Shown here in pieces: positions 13,315-25,440 of a DNA stretch of 64,000 bases. Source of the DNA: Okamejei kenojei (Eukaryota); the NCBI GenBank assembly GCA_035221665.1, contig CM069141.1, forward strand, positions 66,278,001 to 66,342,000, given 5' to 3'. The first letter of the stretch is position 1, and every line of letters begins with the position of its first letter. The translations under genes and the position numbers were made by a program. The notes beneath the pieces are model-generated. The model saw only the letters and a program-made list of their open reading frames with translations. It was not told where the DNA came from and did no database searches.

Positions 13315-13625
13315 TCAGAAGTTCATAAGTGATGGGAGCAGAATTAGGCAATTTGGCCCATCAAGTCCACTCCGTCATTTACTCATGGCTGATCTCAACC
13401 CCATTCTCCCCAAAACCCCATACAAATCAGGAATCTATCTATCTCTCCCTAAAAGATGTCCATTGCCACCTTCTGTGGCAATGAATTCTGCAGATTCACC
13501 ATCCTCTGTCTAAAGAAATTTCTCCTCGTCTCTTTCTAAAGGAATGTCCTTTAATTCTGAGGCTATTATCTCTGGTCCTAAACTCTTCCACTGGTGGAAC
13601 CATCCTCTCCACATCCACCCTATCC
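13315..13625 (-). mobile_element. CR1/HER1-like LINE 3' fragment
   Basis: ggcccatcaagtccactcc 3' end; minus-strand RGHSLRIKG-like coding remnant. Confidence 0.75.
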
Positions 13626-13671
13626 TTGGAGGAGTTGGGCCGAAGGGCCTATATCCCTGCCGTATGTCTAT

Positions 13672-13848
13672 GAGTAGGAAGGAACTGCACATGCTGGCTT
13701 AAACCAAAGATAGAAACAAAATGCTGCAGTTGCTCAACGGGACAGGCAGCATCTCTGGAGAGAAGGAATAGGTGACATTTCCGGTCGAGACCCTTCATCA
13801 GACTGGAGAACCGCTGAGTTACTCCAGCTTTTTGTGTCTGTCTTCGGT
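13672..13848. mobile_element. Fold-back mini-PLE hammerhead module
   Basis: Minus arm with tail and core gacatttccggtcgagacccttcatcag, then a short plus arm ending gtgtctgtcttc. Confidence 0.78.
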
Positions 13849-16573
13849 AACACATTATGACTCTGAGTCTGGCTCAGACTAATCACTGACGTGGTCTGGT
13901 TCTTCACGGTGCATGTTTCATTTGTCTTATAATGTTGGCTGCTTTGTATCATGGATAAGTATAAGAGCATGGGAAATAAAACCACTTTCAAATGTTTGTC
14001 ATTGCCAGTCCTCACCTAGCCCAGAAAAGAAATGAGCAAGAGGAGCCTTGACTTAACCAACGATCGATCCCTGCTCTGTGGTACAGAGTGCTGTTCTTGT
14101 TGAGTGCTCTCTTACTCTACACCACAAACTAATTGCAAAGCAGCCACAAAGAACTATTATTTCATTACTTAACAGCCTCAATTAGAAGTGGTTGTTTTCC
14201 TAGGATCAGTGATGATATTTGAGAAAGTGGGTATAAATTCAGAGTCATAAGGTCATACAGCATGGAATCAGGCCCTTCAGCCCATGCCAATCAAAATACC
14301 CATCTAAGCTCATTCACCGGCGAAGTCTCATTTGCTTGCGTTTATCCCAGATCTCTCAAAACTGTTCATGTCGATGAAGCTGCCCAAGTGTCTATGAAAT
14401 GTTGTTATTTTAACAGATGAAGTATTAGTGATCAAGAGCAAGCTGCTTTATTGCACAATGTTCAGCTCATAGGATCTTGGCATCAGCTACTGTGCAGTGA
14501 TATCTGAAGGTTAATGTTGATGCTGAAGTGGTATGCATTTGTTGGATATATCAGTTTTCCAACCGATTCAGAGAATATAGTTGCATTAGTTGGCATGTGT
14601 TCATGACTTTGGCCATTTTAGAGGTGACTCAACAATAGAATTAATAACATAATACCATCCACTGCAGTGTAGTTTAAAGGAACATGACCTGGGGTCCAGG
14701 CTCTCACCTGCATTGGTAGGCCACTCGACCCTCACGTCCGCCCCATAATACAGCATGATCATGGCTGATCAAGGCTGGCCTCAACTACTCTTCCGTGCCG
14801 CTGTGCTGAAACTCTCAAGTTCTCAATCTTTCAAAAATATTTATTAATTAGGCCACCCTGCAACAGCTAGGTGACCAAGTGGATGAGCATGGAGTGATGG
14901 TGGAACCAGCTAAGGGCATTGTGCCAGGCCAGGTTGACTCCATCCTTCATCGATCCAGTCCCACCAGGATTCCGAGCCCCAAAGATAAGAAATTGCACAT
15001 CACCTTGTTGCAAAATGTGACTTTCTGAGACATTAAAGTTTCAAGTTGGCACCGTAACATGGCGACACTCTATGTGCTATTCCAGAAGAGGATCTATTGT
15101 AACCAATGCTTATTATGGTTTGAAATGCGTGCTGAAATACTGTTGTACACGTGACAATAAATAAACTAATATCTTGGCCATTCACATATAGTTTTTCTTC
15201 CCAGCCGCCAGGCTTGTGGGATCATCATCATCTGAAAGTTCCCTTCTACGTCAAACAGCATCACAACTTGGAAACATAATTGTCCCTTCATCAAAATCCT
15301 GGAACCTTTCTACTTAATAACATCTGCTTAATGAGGCACATCAATAATTGCACAATCGAAAGCAGAAAATGGTGGAAATGCTCAGCAGGTCAGACAGCAT
15401 GGGGTGGAAAGCAGAGTGAATGTTTTTGGTCTGCAGCCCTTCTGTGGAACCAGCAAAGAGAGAAAACCAGTCAGCAGCAGAACAGTTGTCTTATCTCATT
15501 CCCTGTTTTGACGAAGGGTCTTAAATCTGAAACCTTCACTCTGTTTCCCATTCCACAAACGCAGCCTGACCTGCTGAGTGTTTCAGATAGTTTCTAGGTT
15601 TTTTAAATTTCAGATTTATACCATGTGCAGTTATGTTGTTTTTGAACAACTTCTCAATGGTAGTTAGGGAGACAGGCGTAAATGCCATAATATCAGTTAT
15701 CCCACATCCTGCCAATGTAGAAAATGTGCATTCCACACTTGATGAAATCTTATTCAAGACGCTTTCTGAATCAGCCTTAGCTGCAATTACTGGGGGTGTG
15801 ATCAACATAAACTTCTGATGATCATCTGAATGTCATTAGCAAAAAGCAAAGGCAGTATCTGTGGTTGGAATGGACAGACAAAGTTTCAGGCCGGGACCTT
15901 TCTTCAGACTGAGTTTTATTCCATGCTCTTTGTTCTATGCACATTCTACATATATGACATTTTGCATTCAGTTATCTTTTATTTTTGTTGAGGTTATTAC
16001 GGCATTTCCCAAGGCTATGTGCTTCCCATATGTTTAGCAATAGTTTTCACACTCTTAGTTAAGAACAGAGGTTGTTTCTTCACCCAACCAAACAGTAATT
16101 CCCTGCCAGAGCAGTAATAAAAACTAGCCTATTAGTTTAGTTTAGTTTAGAGAAATAGCACGGAAACAGGCCCTTCGGCCCACCGAGTCTGCGTCGACCA
16201 GCGATCCCCACACACTAACACTATTCTACATACTAGGGATCCTACAATCCATTTGCATATAGGTGCAGGCAGTTGGGAAATGCTCAGTGCTTCTCTCTAT
16301 TGATTGAGAGATTGGCAGATGACCAGTCATGGTCACCATCTGGTGACCAAGCCCTCAATGGTGTAGTGAAAATGGCGTGATGGTCAACATGACTACAAAT
16401 GTAATCACATTAATTTGCTTTTATTCCAGTAGTCCAAAATTCTAACTTTGCAGGGACTGGGAACGTTTTGATACTGGTACTAAATGAATCCTTCAATACA
16501 TAAATCATAAGTAATAATCACCTTGAAAAATGGCCAGGCCAAAACTGATATTTATTAAGCCAGTCTAGGCAAA

Positions 16574-16927
16574 AGAGCCTGTCCCACTGTATGAGGCAAT
16601 TCAAGAGTTCTCCCGAGTTTTCCCCTGATTCGAACTCGGAGAATGTTCGTAGTGGCTCCGTAGGAGTTCATGGATGTCTCGTAGCGGCTCGTACGAGTAA
16701 CGGTAGGTACTCGGGAAATCGGGTAAACTCGTGACGTTTTTTCAACACTGTGAAAAATGTCCACAAGTAAAAAAATACTCGTGATGAAAAAAATTGGTAT
16801 TTACTCGTACGAGCCGCTACAAGACATCCACGAACTCCTACGGACCATCTAGGGACATTCTCCAAGTGCAAATCAGGGGAAAGCGCGGGAGAACTCTTGA
16901 ATTACCTCGTACAGTGGAACAGGCCCT
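16574..16927. mobile_element. Harbinger/PIF-type MITE with TIRs of about 125 bp
   Basis: agagcctgtcccactgtatgagg... / ...cctcgtacagtggaacaggccct; AAA/TAA flanks consistent with a TWA TSD. Confidence 0.75.
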
Positions 16928-17446
16928 TAAAGAGGTCACTCACTTCCAAGTTTGAAGGACATGATGTCAAGGGGATTCCAATGGCTTCTCCAATCTACTT
17001 TAGTGGGGTGGTGAGGGAGTGTTGCCTTGTTAGGGGCTAACAGCTATAAACTACATGCAAAACTCCAGCTCAAAATGCCCTTTCAGGTGCTAATTAAAAT
17101 CTGCTTGTGCAATTTGAATGAAAAAGGCACAGGATTTTTTCTGTTGACCTTTTGTCAATGAGCAGCGCAAATAAATAGATTTTGCCGCCATTTATATTTG
17201 TGCTGTCTGCAGGGCCATGCTGTGTATACATTTCTTACATTACAGTCTTGACTAGGTTCTAAAGGAATCTACGTTATTAGTCATAGGACACTTAGTAACA
17301 GAATGCAGCCATAGAAGATACAATACAAATGAAAGATTTACTTTTTATTTTGATGTCTAATCATTGTTTTCTGAATTATTCAGGTGCATTGTCTGAAAAA
17401 TAAAATTCTGCACAAAAATATTCTGTGGGGCCACAGATTTTTTCGG

Positions 17447-17836
17447 TGTGGGAAGGAACTGCAGTTGCTGGTTTTCACCGAAGATAGACACAAAAAGATG
17501 GAGCAACTCAGTGGGTCAGGTGGCATTTCTGGAGAAAAGGAATATATGATGTTTTGGGTCGTGTCCCTTTATTGGACCTAATACGCCGTTTCGGGTCGAG
17601 ACCCTTCAAGAGACCATTTAGCATCCACTGCCTCTCCTATCTTCACCGCCTTCCCAGCCGATCCCAGGCCTAGACCACCAAAACTTCCACAGCCACCGAC
17701 CCTCACCGCCTCGCTGGAGCCACAGCTGCTTCTGCCGTTGTCAGATCTGATGAAGGGTCTTGACCTGAAACGCCACCTACTCCATTTTTCCATAGATGCT
17801 TCCTGACCCGCTGAGTTACTCCAGCATGTCTATCTT
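17447..17836. mobile_element. Fold-back mini-PLE with a 140-bp GC-rich insert between the arms
   Basis: Minus arm with tail; non-PLE segment 17608-17746; plus arm ctgatgaagggtcttgacctgaaacgcc. Confidence 0.75.
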
Positions 17837-18164
17837 GATTGGTGTCTTGGTTTGAATCTCAGCTGCCTAGTTCTGGTGGGGAAGACATCACATTGAAAAT
17901 ATGAACACATAATTTGTATCTGAATACTTCATTTCAGTGTTTTGCAACACATTGTTGCCCATCACACAGGGTCCTTCATCTGCCAACAGTAATTATGGGA
18001 AATGGTCACGATTCTCCTTTTTATTGTATCAATCCTGCAGAATTAATATTTCACTAATACTCGAAACTGAAAATGCTGGAAATACCCGTCAGCTCAGGGT
18101 GCATCTCTGGAAGAAGAAACAGTAAGTGTTTCAGATCTGAACTGGGAAAGAGAGAAGATCTCCA

Positions 18165-18662
18165 GGTTGCTGGACACTTTAATTCTCCTTCCCAAACCCA
18201 CAAAAACCCTTTCTGTCCTAGGACTCCTCCATTGTCAGAGTGAGGCTAGATGTAAATTATAGGAACAGCATCTCATATTTCGCTTGGGCAGTTTACAGCT
18301 TAGTGATATGAATATTGATTTCTCTAACTTCAGGTAGACCTGGCATTCCCTCTCTCTCTATCCCTCCCCCACCCAAGTCGTTCCAGCTTCTCGTTTTCAC
18401 CCTACAAATAGCTGTGAATCGACTGTTTCCTTCATCATCATTACTTTATTGCATATTTTTCATTCATTGTTCTTTATCCCTCTCCATCATTATCTATAGC
18501 TCTCGTTTCCCTTATCCCTAACTTGTCTGAGGAAGGGTCTCAGGTTTCTCAGTCTCACGTTTCAGGTCAAGTCTGAAGAAGGGTCTCGACCCGAAACGTC
18601 TCCCATTCCTTCTCTCCAGAGATGCTGCCTGTCCCACTGAGTTACTCCAGCTTTTTGTGTCT
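18165..18662 (+). mobile_element. PLE 3' fragment (GIY-YIG end, 3' UTR, hammerhead)
   Basis: LSVLGLLHCQSEARCKL*EQHLIFRLGSLQ remnant; consensus core at 18573-18600. Confidence 0.85.
18573..18600 (+). ncRNA. Minimal type-I hammerhead ribozyme motif (PLE-associated)
   Basis: CTGAAGA-A-GGGTCTCGACCC-GAAAC-GTC: CUGANGA, stem II, GAAA, palindromic ACGU helix III and GUC site; helix I is very short, so activity is unproven. Confidence 0.7.
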
Positions 18663-19264
18663 AAGAGAGAAAACAAGTTAGTTTTAAGTTGAAGTTGGGG
18701 AGGGATAGATAGGCCAAAATAAATGGACACCTGTGATAGGGTGAGGCTAGCCTTTGCCAGTCTTGTGAAATCAATAGAAATTTCAAAAAATTCCCCTTTG
18801 CCCACAGGGTAATCTCAGTAACAAAAAACATTGCTTTGGAGAGTTTGTCGGATATGTGCAGTATCTCTTTAAGAACAAGATCTTCTACAAAATCAAAACA
18901 ATATTAATAATCAGGTTTACTTCAGAAGATCGTGCTTTGAAAATTGGCACTGGTACGGTAAATATGACAGGATTATTGAAGACAAAATATCTTTTTTATT
19001 TTAATTATTTTAGTAACATTGCGATGTATCCAGCTAAATAAACTGCAGCAGGATTGGAAATCTACTAAACAAGACTCAAGCTCATCTCTTTTTTAATATA
19101 AAATAGAAGCTGGCTTCATTAAAGAAAATTACCACAGTTATCCCAGCTCACTGTGAAATAACAAAACTTGCAGAAAACAATACTTACGTCATTACTTAAA
19201 TATTTATAATTATTTGCATTATTGTATGATTACATTATTGAGATGTTATGAAATTATACAGTGA

Positions 19265-19377
19265 AGGGCATGTCCCACATGGGCGGCCTTATCCGCAAGT
19301 TCTGGCAAGTTTGCCCTCGACTCATACTCGCAGCATGGTCGACACGAGGTCGTAGGAGGTCAGTAGGGACAGCCTCT
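19265..19377. mobile_element. Short internally deleted Harbinger-type MITE
   Basis: agggcatgtcccac ... gtagggacagcctct ends; internal gtttgccctcgactcatactcgcagcatgg shared with the 32950 element. Confidence 0.6.
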
Positions 19378-19599
19378 TTAGAATGGAAAATAGTTTTCCC
19401 CATTTTCATTGCAACATTGATTATTGCCTTTTATTTAAAGGAATATCCATGAATCTTTGGCAATAATAACTCATTTATGCATTTGCATTTTAACATGAAT
19501 CCCACGTCAACCTATTTATAATGAAAAATTAAGCTTAATTGTGAATTAATTTGTTTATTATATAAGATATTTTGATCCTGTACATCTACTTTTGAATTC

Positions 19600-19884
19600 A
19601 ATAGGTCTTATCCCCCTGTCATGGGTACCATGTAATCCCTTACTACTTGCTCCATGGTTGGATAGTTGGCGACTAAACCGTCTCCCCACCTGGTTTGCCA
19701 GGTGAGGAGGGGGCTGTGGACCCCAGCAGGACCAAAAACAAGATCTGTCAAAGGGCGGATGGGCTTCTAGCGAGCCAACGGTCATCCACACTTCAGTAGA
19801 AGTTGCGATCACTGTCATACATAGCATTGTAAGGCACCGTGCCCATTAATGTTTTCAATGATGTTGATCATGATGATGATGATT
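19600..19884 (+). mobile_element. RTE-related SINE-like element with (GAT)n tail
   Basis: Ends in tgatgatgatgatt; body resembles RTE 5'-UTR-derived non-autonomous elements. Confidence 0.4.
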
Positions 19885-19945
19885 ACTGGTCGTGTCCTTG
19901 GAGGTCAACAAACCTCTGTCATGAATGGACAAAAGAGGAATAAAT

Positions 19946-20158
19946 GTGTAGGATAGAACTGCAGATGCTGGTTTAAATCGAAGGTAGACACGAAATGCTG
20001 GAATAACTCAACAGGACAGGCAGCGACTCTGGAGAGAAGGAATGGGTGACGTTTCAGTTCAAGTCTGAAGAAGAATCTCGACCCGAAATGTCACCCATTC
20101 CTTCTCTCCAGAGATGCTGCCTGTCCCGCTGAGTTACTCCAGCATTTTGTGTCTACCT
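19946..20158. mobile_element. Fold-back mini-PLE hammerhead module with TSD
   Basis: 14-bp TSD aaagaggaataaat at 19932-19945 and 20159-20172. Confidence 0.88.
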
Positions 20159-20187
20159 AAAGAGGAATAAATCTGTATTCATGTTGT

Positions 20188-20500
20188 TTAGTCCAGTTTG
20201 GTTTCAAGATACAGTGCGGAAGCAGGCCCTTCAGCCCACTGTGTCCGCACCGACCAGCGATCCCCGTACACTTACACTATCCTACACAGGTAGAGTTGCT
20301 GCCTTGCAGCACCAGAGACCCGGGTTCAATCCTGACTATGGGTGCTTGTCTGTACGGAGTTTGTACTTCTCCCCGTGACCTGAATGGGTTTTCCCCAGGT
20401 GCTCTGGTTTCCTCCTACACTCCAAAGATGTACAGGTTTGTAGGCTAATTGGCTTGGTATAAATGTAAATTGCCTCTAGTGTGTGTAGGATAGTGTGTAG
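20188..20500. mobile_element. HE1 V-SINE with internal inversion
   Basis: 3' part on minus (20188-20288), head and body on plus (20289-20500). Confidence 0.8.
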
Positions 20501-20879
20501 GACATGTAGCCTAGACGTGATGGGTAACATCCGATACAAGATAGATCTTTTGCTAATACTTCTGCTCCATCATTCTATTCATTCCTTGCCCTTGACAACT
20601 TCTACTTTTATTTTTTGATTTCATAGCCAGAACATTGCCTCAATAACTTTTCCATCCAGTCTGGCATCTTGGAGAAACCCTAGATTCTATGCATTCTTTC
20701 TTTTACTTCTCACTGATACTTTAGTTTCAACAAGCAGAAGCCCAACATTGAGGTCCAAGTGCATTCTGACAACATCTCCACCTTTCTGGACCTCCATCTC
20801 ATCTGGTTTGTCACACTGTATAATATCCAGTCTTGAATGAACAACTATTACCATCAAATAAATGTTGGATAGACTGAAG

Positions 20880-21470
20880 CCACACTCGCCTCCATTTCTA
20901 TCTCTCATCCTGACAGTTGTCAACACCTTTGATCCTGAGTTGAATTTCTTACCTAATATTCACCCCATATCAAGACCACTATCCCCACCTCCCTAACATT
21001 GTCAGATACCCACCTTGACTCAGCTCAACTACTACTGAGGCCTGGACCCATGTCTGTGTTACCTCCAGAAGTAAGTGTTTCTGATTGGGTTCTATTCTTC
21101 ATAATTCTTCCTACATAAGACTTAACTAATCCAAACTCCTCTCTTTGTATCTTAACTTGCACATCTACAACTATTCACACTTTGGCTCATAGTGCACCAG
21201 TATTAAAATGTCCACATTTGTTTCAAGATCTCTTTCCAATTCCTATGGACTTCCGAGCAGTAAAGATATATGTAATATTTGACCTCAGGTATTACTTCAG
21301 GTATTAATTGTAATAATTCCCATAACCTTTCAACTGCCTTGTTCCAGGGTTTTCAATACCTCTATATAAGTCTCTCATTCTAGATTTTTCCACATACACC
21401 TCTCCATATCGCCACCTCTCTCTCCTCATTTAAGAATCTCTTTAAAACATGCTCTTCTGAACAAGTCATT
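20880..21470 (+). mobile_element. Ancient L2-like LINE remnant
   Basis: Degenerate match to the L2 RT C-terminal region (hLrNIarl...lihafvtsrldy-like) near 20980-21070. Confidence 0.45.
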
Positions 21471-21562
21471 CATCATTGGTTCTGATATCTTGCTAAGTAG
21501 CTTGACACTGAATTTTGCACAAGAACATTCTCATGAAATGCCTCGAGACATTTTTCAGGTCA

Positions 21563-21925
21563 TGTCATAAGTGATTGGAGCAGAATTAGGCCATTCGGCC
21601 CATCAAGTCTACTCCACCATTCAATCATAGCTGATCTATCTCTCCCTACTAACCCCATTCTCCTACCTTCTCCCCATTACCCCTGACACCTGTACTAATC
21701 AAGAACCTATCTATCTCTGCATTAAATATATCCATTGACTTGTCCTCCACAGCCTTCTGTGGAAAATAATTCCACAGATTCACCTCCCTCTGATTAAAGA
21801 AATTCCTCGATAGACACAAAACAGGCAGTATTACTGGAGAGAAGGAATGGGTGATGTCTTGGGTTGAGACCCTCCTTCAGACTACAATTCGGGTCGAGAC
21901 CCTTCTTCAGACTGAAATTCCTCCC
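21563..21925 (-). mobile_element. CR1 3' fragment interrupted by a mini-PLE with tandem hammerhead cores
   Basis: gaaattcctc duplication at 21800-21809 and 21914-21923; two minus-strand core copies at about 21853-21912. Confidence 0.75.
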
Positions 21926-22180
21926 TACTATCCAATACATGCTGCTGTTATTGAAAATTTATTTGTGATCACATACTTCAATAACAGTAACTCATAGTGA
22001 ATTGAGAATGGTCAGCTTGTTATATTATCAGTGGAAATGGAAAATGTTTAAATGTAGCTGGACTGTTTTGAACCTTGAAGATGAAAGACATTGTCCTCAA
22101 AGCCCAGTGATTGTTTATTGTTAATCAATTTGTAACAAAAATCGATAGATAATATATGGGACAGGAATGGCAAAAAATAG

Positions 22181-22474
22181 TAAGATGAAACGAGAACTTA
22201 CCAGTTCGAAGTTTGATTCTTATTTGATGAGGAGTTACGATGAGGGATTACGTGAAGAAGCCCCGCCAAGTGCACGCGCGTCATACTTTAAAGCAGCTGC
22301 GTGAAAACACAGCATATGATAGCCAAAGTAACATAGTAAGGCTTTAGAAGACTAGAACTACCAGATGATCCTTTCGATTATGTGGGCTGGGAGCGGAGAG
22401 CACGTAATCCCTCATCGTAACTCCTCATAAAATAAGGTTCAAACTTCGAACTGGTAAATTCTCGTTTAATCTTA
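22181..22474. repeat. DIRS terminal repeat / internal complementary region pair
   Basis: 22181-22254 is the reverse complement of 22401-22474 (74 bp, about 5 mismatches). Confidence 0.88.
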
Positions 22475-22729
22475 GTACGTGAGTGACTGTGAAGATTTCA
22501 AAGCTCTGTGATTTCATGCCGTGGATCCACTCCATACGACACACTGCTTCAGTTGACACAGTAGCGAATAAATAATGTATTGAACATTGCTTCAAATTAT
22601 CCAATAATCATTTTTAAAATAACAATACAGTAATAACCCCTCTATCCCATGGGAAATTACAAATGAAATTTATAAAGACAAAGCAAATCAAATCAAACAG
22701 AACCCAAAAACAGAATGCCCAAACCCTGG

Positions 22730-23590
22730 CACTGTCAGGACAGCTTTATCATAATTTTAGAAAAGTTGATTCCGTAGATCATCGTGCGGCCTTGCTGCGG
22801 ATGTTGATGCCGCCCTGGTGTGATTTAAATACCTAAGTGTCTACTTCAGCGGAATCCAAAACCTGTTTTACCATCTAGAAATAGTTTATACTGACACCTT
22901 TTATGATGTTTTTTGTGACTGATGAGCATTGCTGTCTCAGAGCCTCTGGGACTCTTAGTTACATCGATATATTGACTCGGGTGCTTAACTACTCATAACA
23001 TTTGGTCAACAGGGTATGCTTTAAAACTTACTTTGGTTCCGGCCATTCCTGGCCTGCTTTGTTTGATTAAGCCATATACATAAAACGTAATGTTATTTGC
23101 ATAAGAATACATGCTATCTAGTCGTAGCTGTCGCAATGTTTGCACTCTTTGCGCTGATACTAGCGCCATGAGAACCACTTTAAGTGTTAACTTCTGAAAG
23201 ACAATGATGTAATTGGAGCCCATTGCCGAAGCAGTGTGAGAATTATACTGATATCCCAGATTTCTGTATATCTAGGTTTAGGAGGATTTTTGTTACAAAA
23301 TTCCTCTCATGAATCGGGACACTAATGGATGAGACCCGATAGGTTGTTGTTCTGAAACTGCCCTAAATAGGAGGTCAAAGCACTCCAAGCACTATTAAAG
23401 GCACTATAACTCAAGTGTTCATCAAAAATGCAACATAGCAAGGAACTCCAATACATCTGGTATGCTCGCAGTATGATAAAATATATCTGACTGTAAACAA
23501 AACATCTCCCATTTCTTAATATGACACACATATTGTTTCTTAGTGCTATCTCTGCAGGCTGCAGTTATGACATCCATGGTCCTATTTGAC
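22730..23590 (-). pseudogene. DIRS tyrosine recombinase remnant
   Basis: KLTLKVVLMALVSAQRVQTL (catalytic R region), LIKQSRPG, frameshifted HxxR and STESTF motifs. Confidence 0.82.
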
Positions 23591-23615
23591 AGTCCAAAGC
23601 CTTGGAACGGTCTGG

Positions 23616-23990
23616 TCAGAACCTGCAGATCAACAAATTAATATGATCATGTAACAGATGACTTTCTCCTGTTACCGGATGCACCAACAAATTACTACAT
23701 TTGGGGACAGTCATGAATGGCTGAGTCATTATTTTGAGCAGCAATGGGAACCATGGCTGTGTAGTCCAGTCCAGAATCACCAAAATGCCTGAGGCGGAGT
23801 CCTGCTCTATTTTGGTGAGACATTGCCTAATCAGGCAGAATGGGGGAAACGTAAAAGAATGCACGTCCCCAATGTAGCGAGAATACATCCACCGCTACTG
23901 CTCCTGGATCTAATTCCCATGAAACATATTTAGGCAACTGGTGATTTAGCCTGGATGCAACAGATCAATATCTGGCAACCGGTAGCGGCT
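23616..23990 (-). pseudogene. DIRS N6-adenine methyltransferase-like domain remnant
   Basis: FTFPPFCLIRQCLTKIEQDSASGILVILDWTTQPWFP. Confidence 0.8.
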
Positions 23991-24008
23991 GACAATCATT
24001 TTAAAACT

Positions 24009-25055
24009 TCAGGATTTAGTCATCCATTCTATGTAGTGATTGAACTTTTGTGATCTGTTGTCTGCCACCACATTGTCTCTATCTGGTAGGTAGATAGCTG
24101 AGACCCAGATGTTTCTGGAAATACACCAGTGCCCCATGACGTTAGCCAGATTATCACATGATACTGACCTTATTCCTGCCATGGGATTGATATATGGCAC
24201 AGCCGTGGTATTATCAATCTGGAGTTGAACATGAAAATTATTCATTGTTGAACAATAAACTTTTAATCCATAGAATGCACCCAGCAATTCTAAGTAATTT
24301 ATACCATGCCTGTGCAGGATTCAATCCTCTTGAATACTCCATCTACCACCACAGCTAGACTCGCTGTCCGTAGCTCCCCATCCGGCAGCACTCACGTACG
24401 TCTGTAAAAGCACTGAAGGTTGCTGAACCAAAATGTTTTTGGTAGTTTGTACAATATTGATAATCCACCATTGTAATCGAGCTATGGCTCTGGTTGGTAA
24501 CTGCATAGGTCTATCAAAATGACCTGTATGTTCTTTAAGTGCTAGTTCTCTAGCTTGTTGCAGACTTTGATAGTGCAGTGGTATAAACTGCACTGCAGAG
24601 AAAGCTGCCACCAATTTACCAATAACAGTAGCTACTTCCCGGATGGAGGGATATTGTTTTTCAGTGAGCCTGGTACAGACCTCTCTGATCTCCACAGACT
24701 TGGCTGTCGGCAAAGTCACTGGCATATCAACTGAATCAATGACAAATCCCAAATAATCAATTTTTTAGGATGGCTCTAACTTGGATTTGGTTGGATGGAC
24801 CAGGAACCCTACTGTTTCAAACAGGTATTTGGTTGCTGAAACCGATTCCTCAGCTGTCTCCTGAGTGTTGATTATGATTGAAATATCATCTAGATAAGCC
24901 ATTACCATGTGACTCTGGGCCCAAAGTAGTGCCAGCACTGGTTTCAACAATTTCTTGAATAGCCTAGGAACTGAGATTAACTCATTGGATAATGCTTTAA
25001 ATTGCCACAGCTGTCCCATCCAACTAAATTTCAAGAAACTTCGGGCCTCACTCAC
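24009..25055 (-). pseudogene. DIRS reverse transcriptase / RNase H remnant
   Basis: FLKFSWMGQLWQFKAL...PRLFKKLLKP...YLDD...KSKLEPS; YVSAAGWGA; DNTTAV; broken by stops and frameshifts. Confidence 0.9.
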
Positions 25056-25159
25056 CCAGACCTACAATGGAGCCCAGCAGTCTGAAGAAGGGTTTTGGTC
25101 CGAAACATTGCCTATTTCCTTCGCTCCATAGATGAGTTTCTCCAGCACTTTTGTCCACC

Positions 25160-25440
25160 AACACGGAAACAGGCCCTTCGGCCCACTGAGTCCGCACCGA
25201 CCAGCGATCCCCGCACATTAATTCTACACACGAGGTACAATTTTAAATTTTTACCAAGATGTATGTCTTTGGAGTGTGTGAGGAAACTGAAGATCTTGGA
25301 AAAAACACACGCGGTCATGGGGGGAGAATGCCCAAACTCTGTACAGACCGCACACGTAGTCGGGATCGAACCCGCGACTCTGATGGTGAAAGCGCTGTAA
25401 GGTAGAAACTCTACCGCTGCACCACCGTGCCACCGTGCCG
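25160..25440 (-). mobile_element. HE1 V-SINE, near full length
   Basis: Minus strand ggcacggtggtgcagcggtagag (A box) and ggttcgatcc (B box); 3' gggccgaagggcctgtttcc. Confidence 0.85.

Larger units (their letters stand above)
22172..25055 (-). mobile_element. DIRS1-like tyrosine-recombinase retrotransposon, 5'-truncated and decayed
   Basis: Minus-strand order RT (VMAYLDDI), RNase H (LQIDNTTAVPYIN...NVVADNRS), MT (FTFPPF...DWTTQPWFP), YR (LMALVSAQRVQTL; SH-TRAASTSAA), then ICR and ITR. Confidence 0.92.

Noticed and set aside
15536-15818. Overlapping ORFs on both strands in unique-looking sequence
   Set aside because: No known motif or convincing splice pair; cannot be supported without a search
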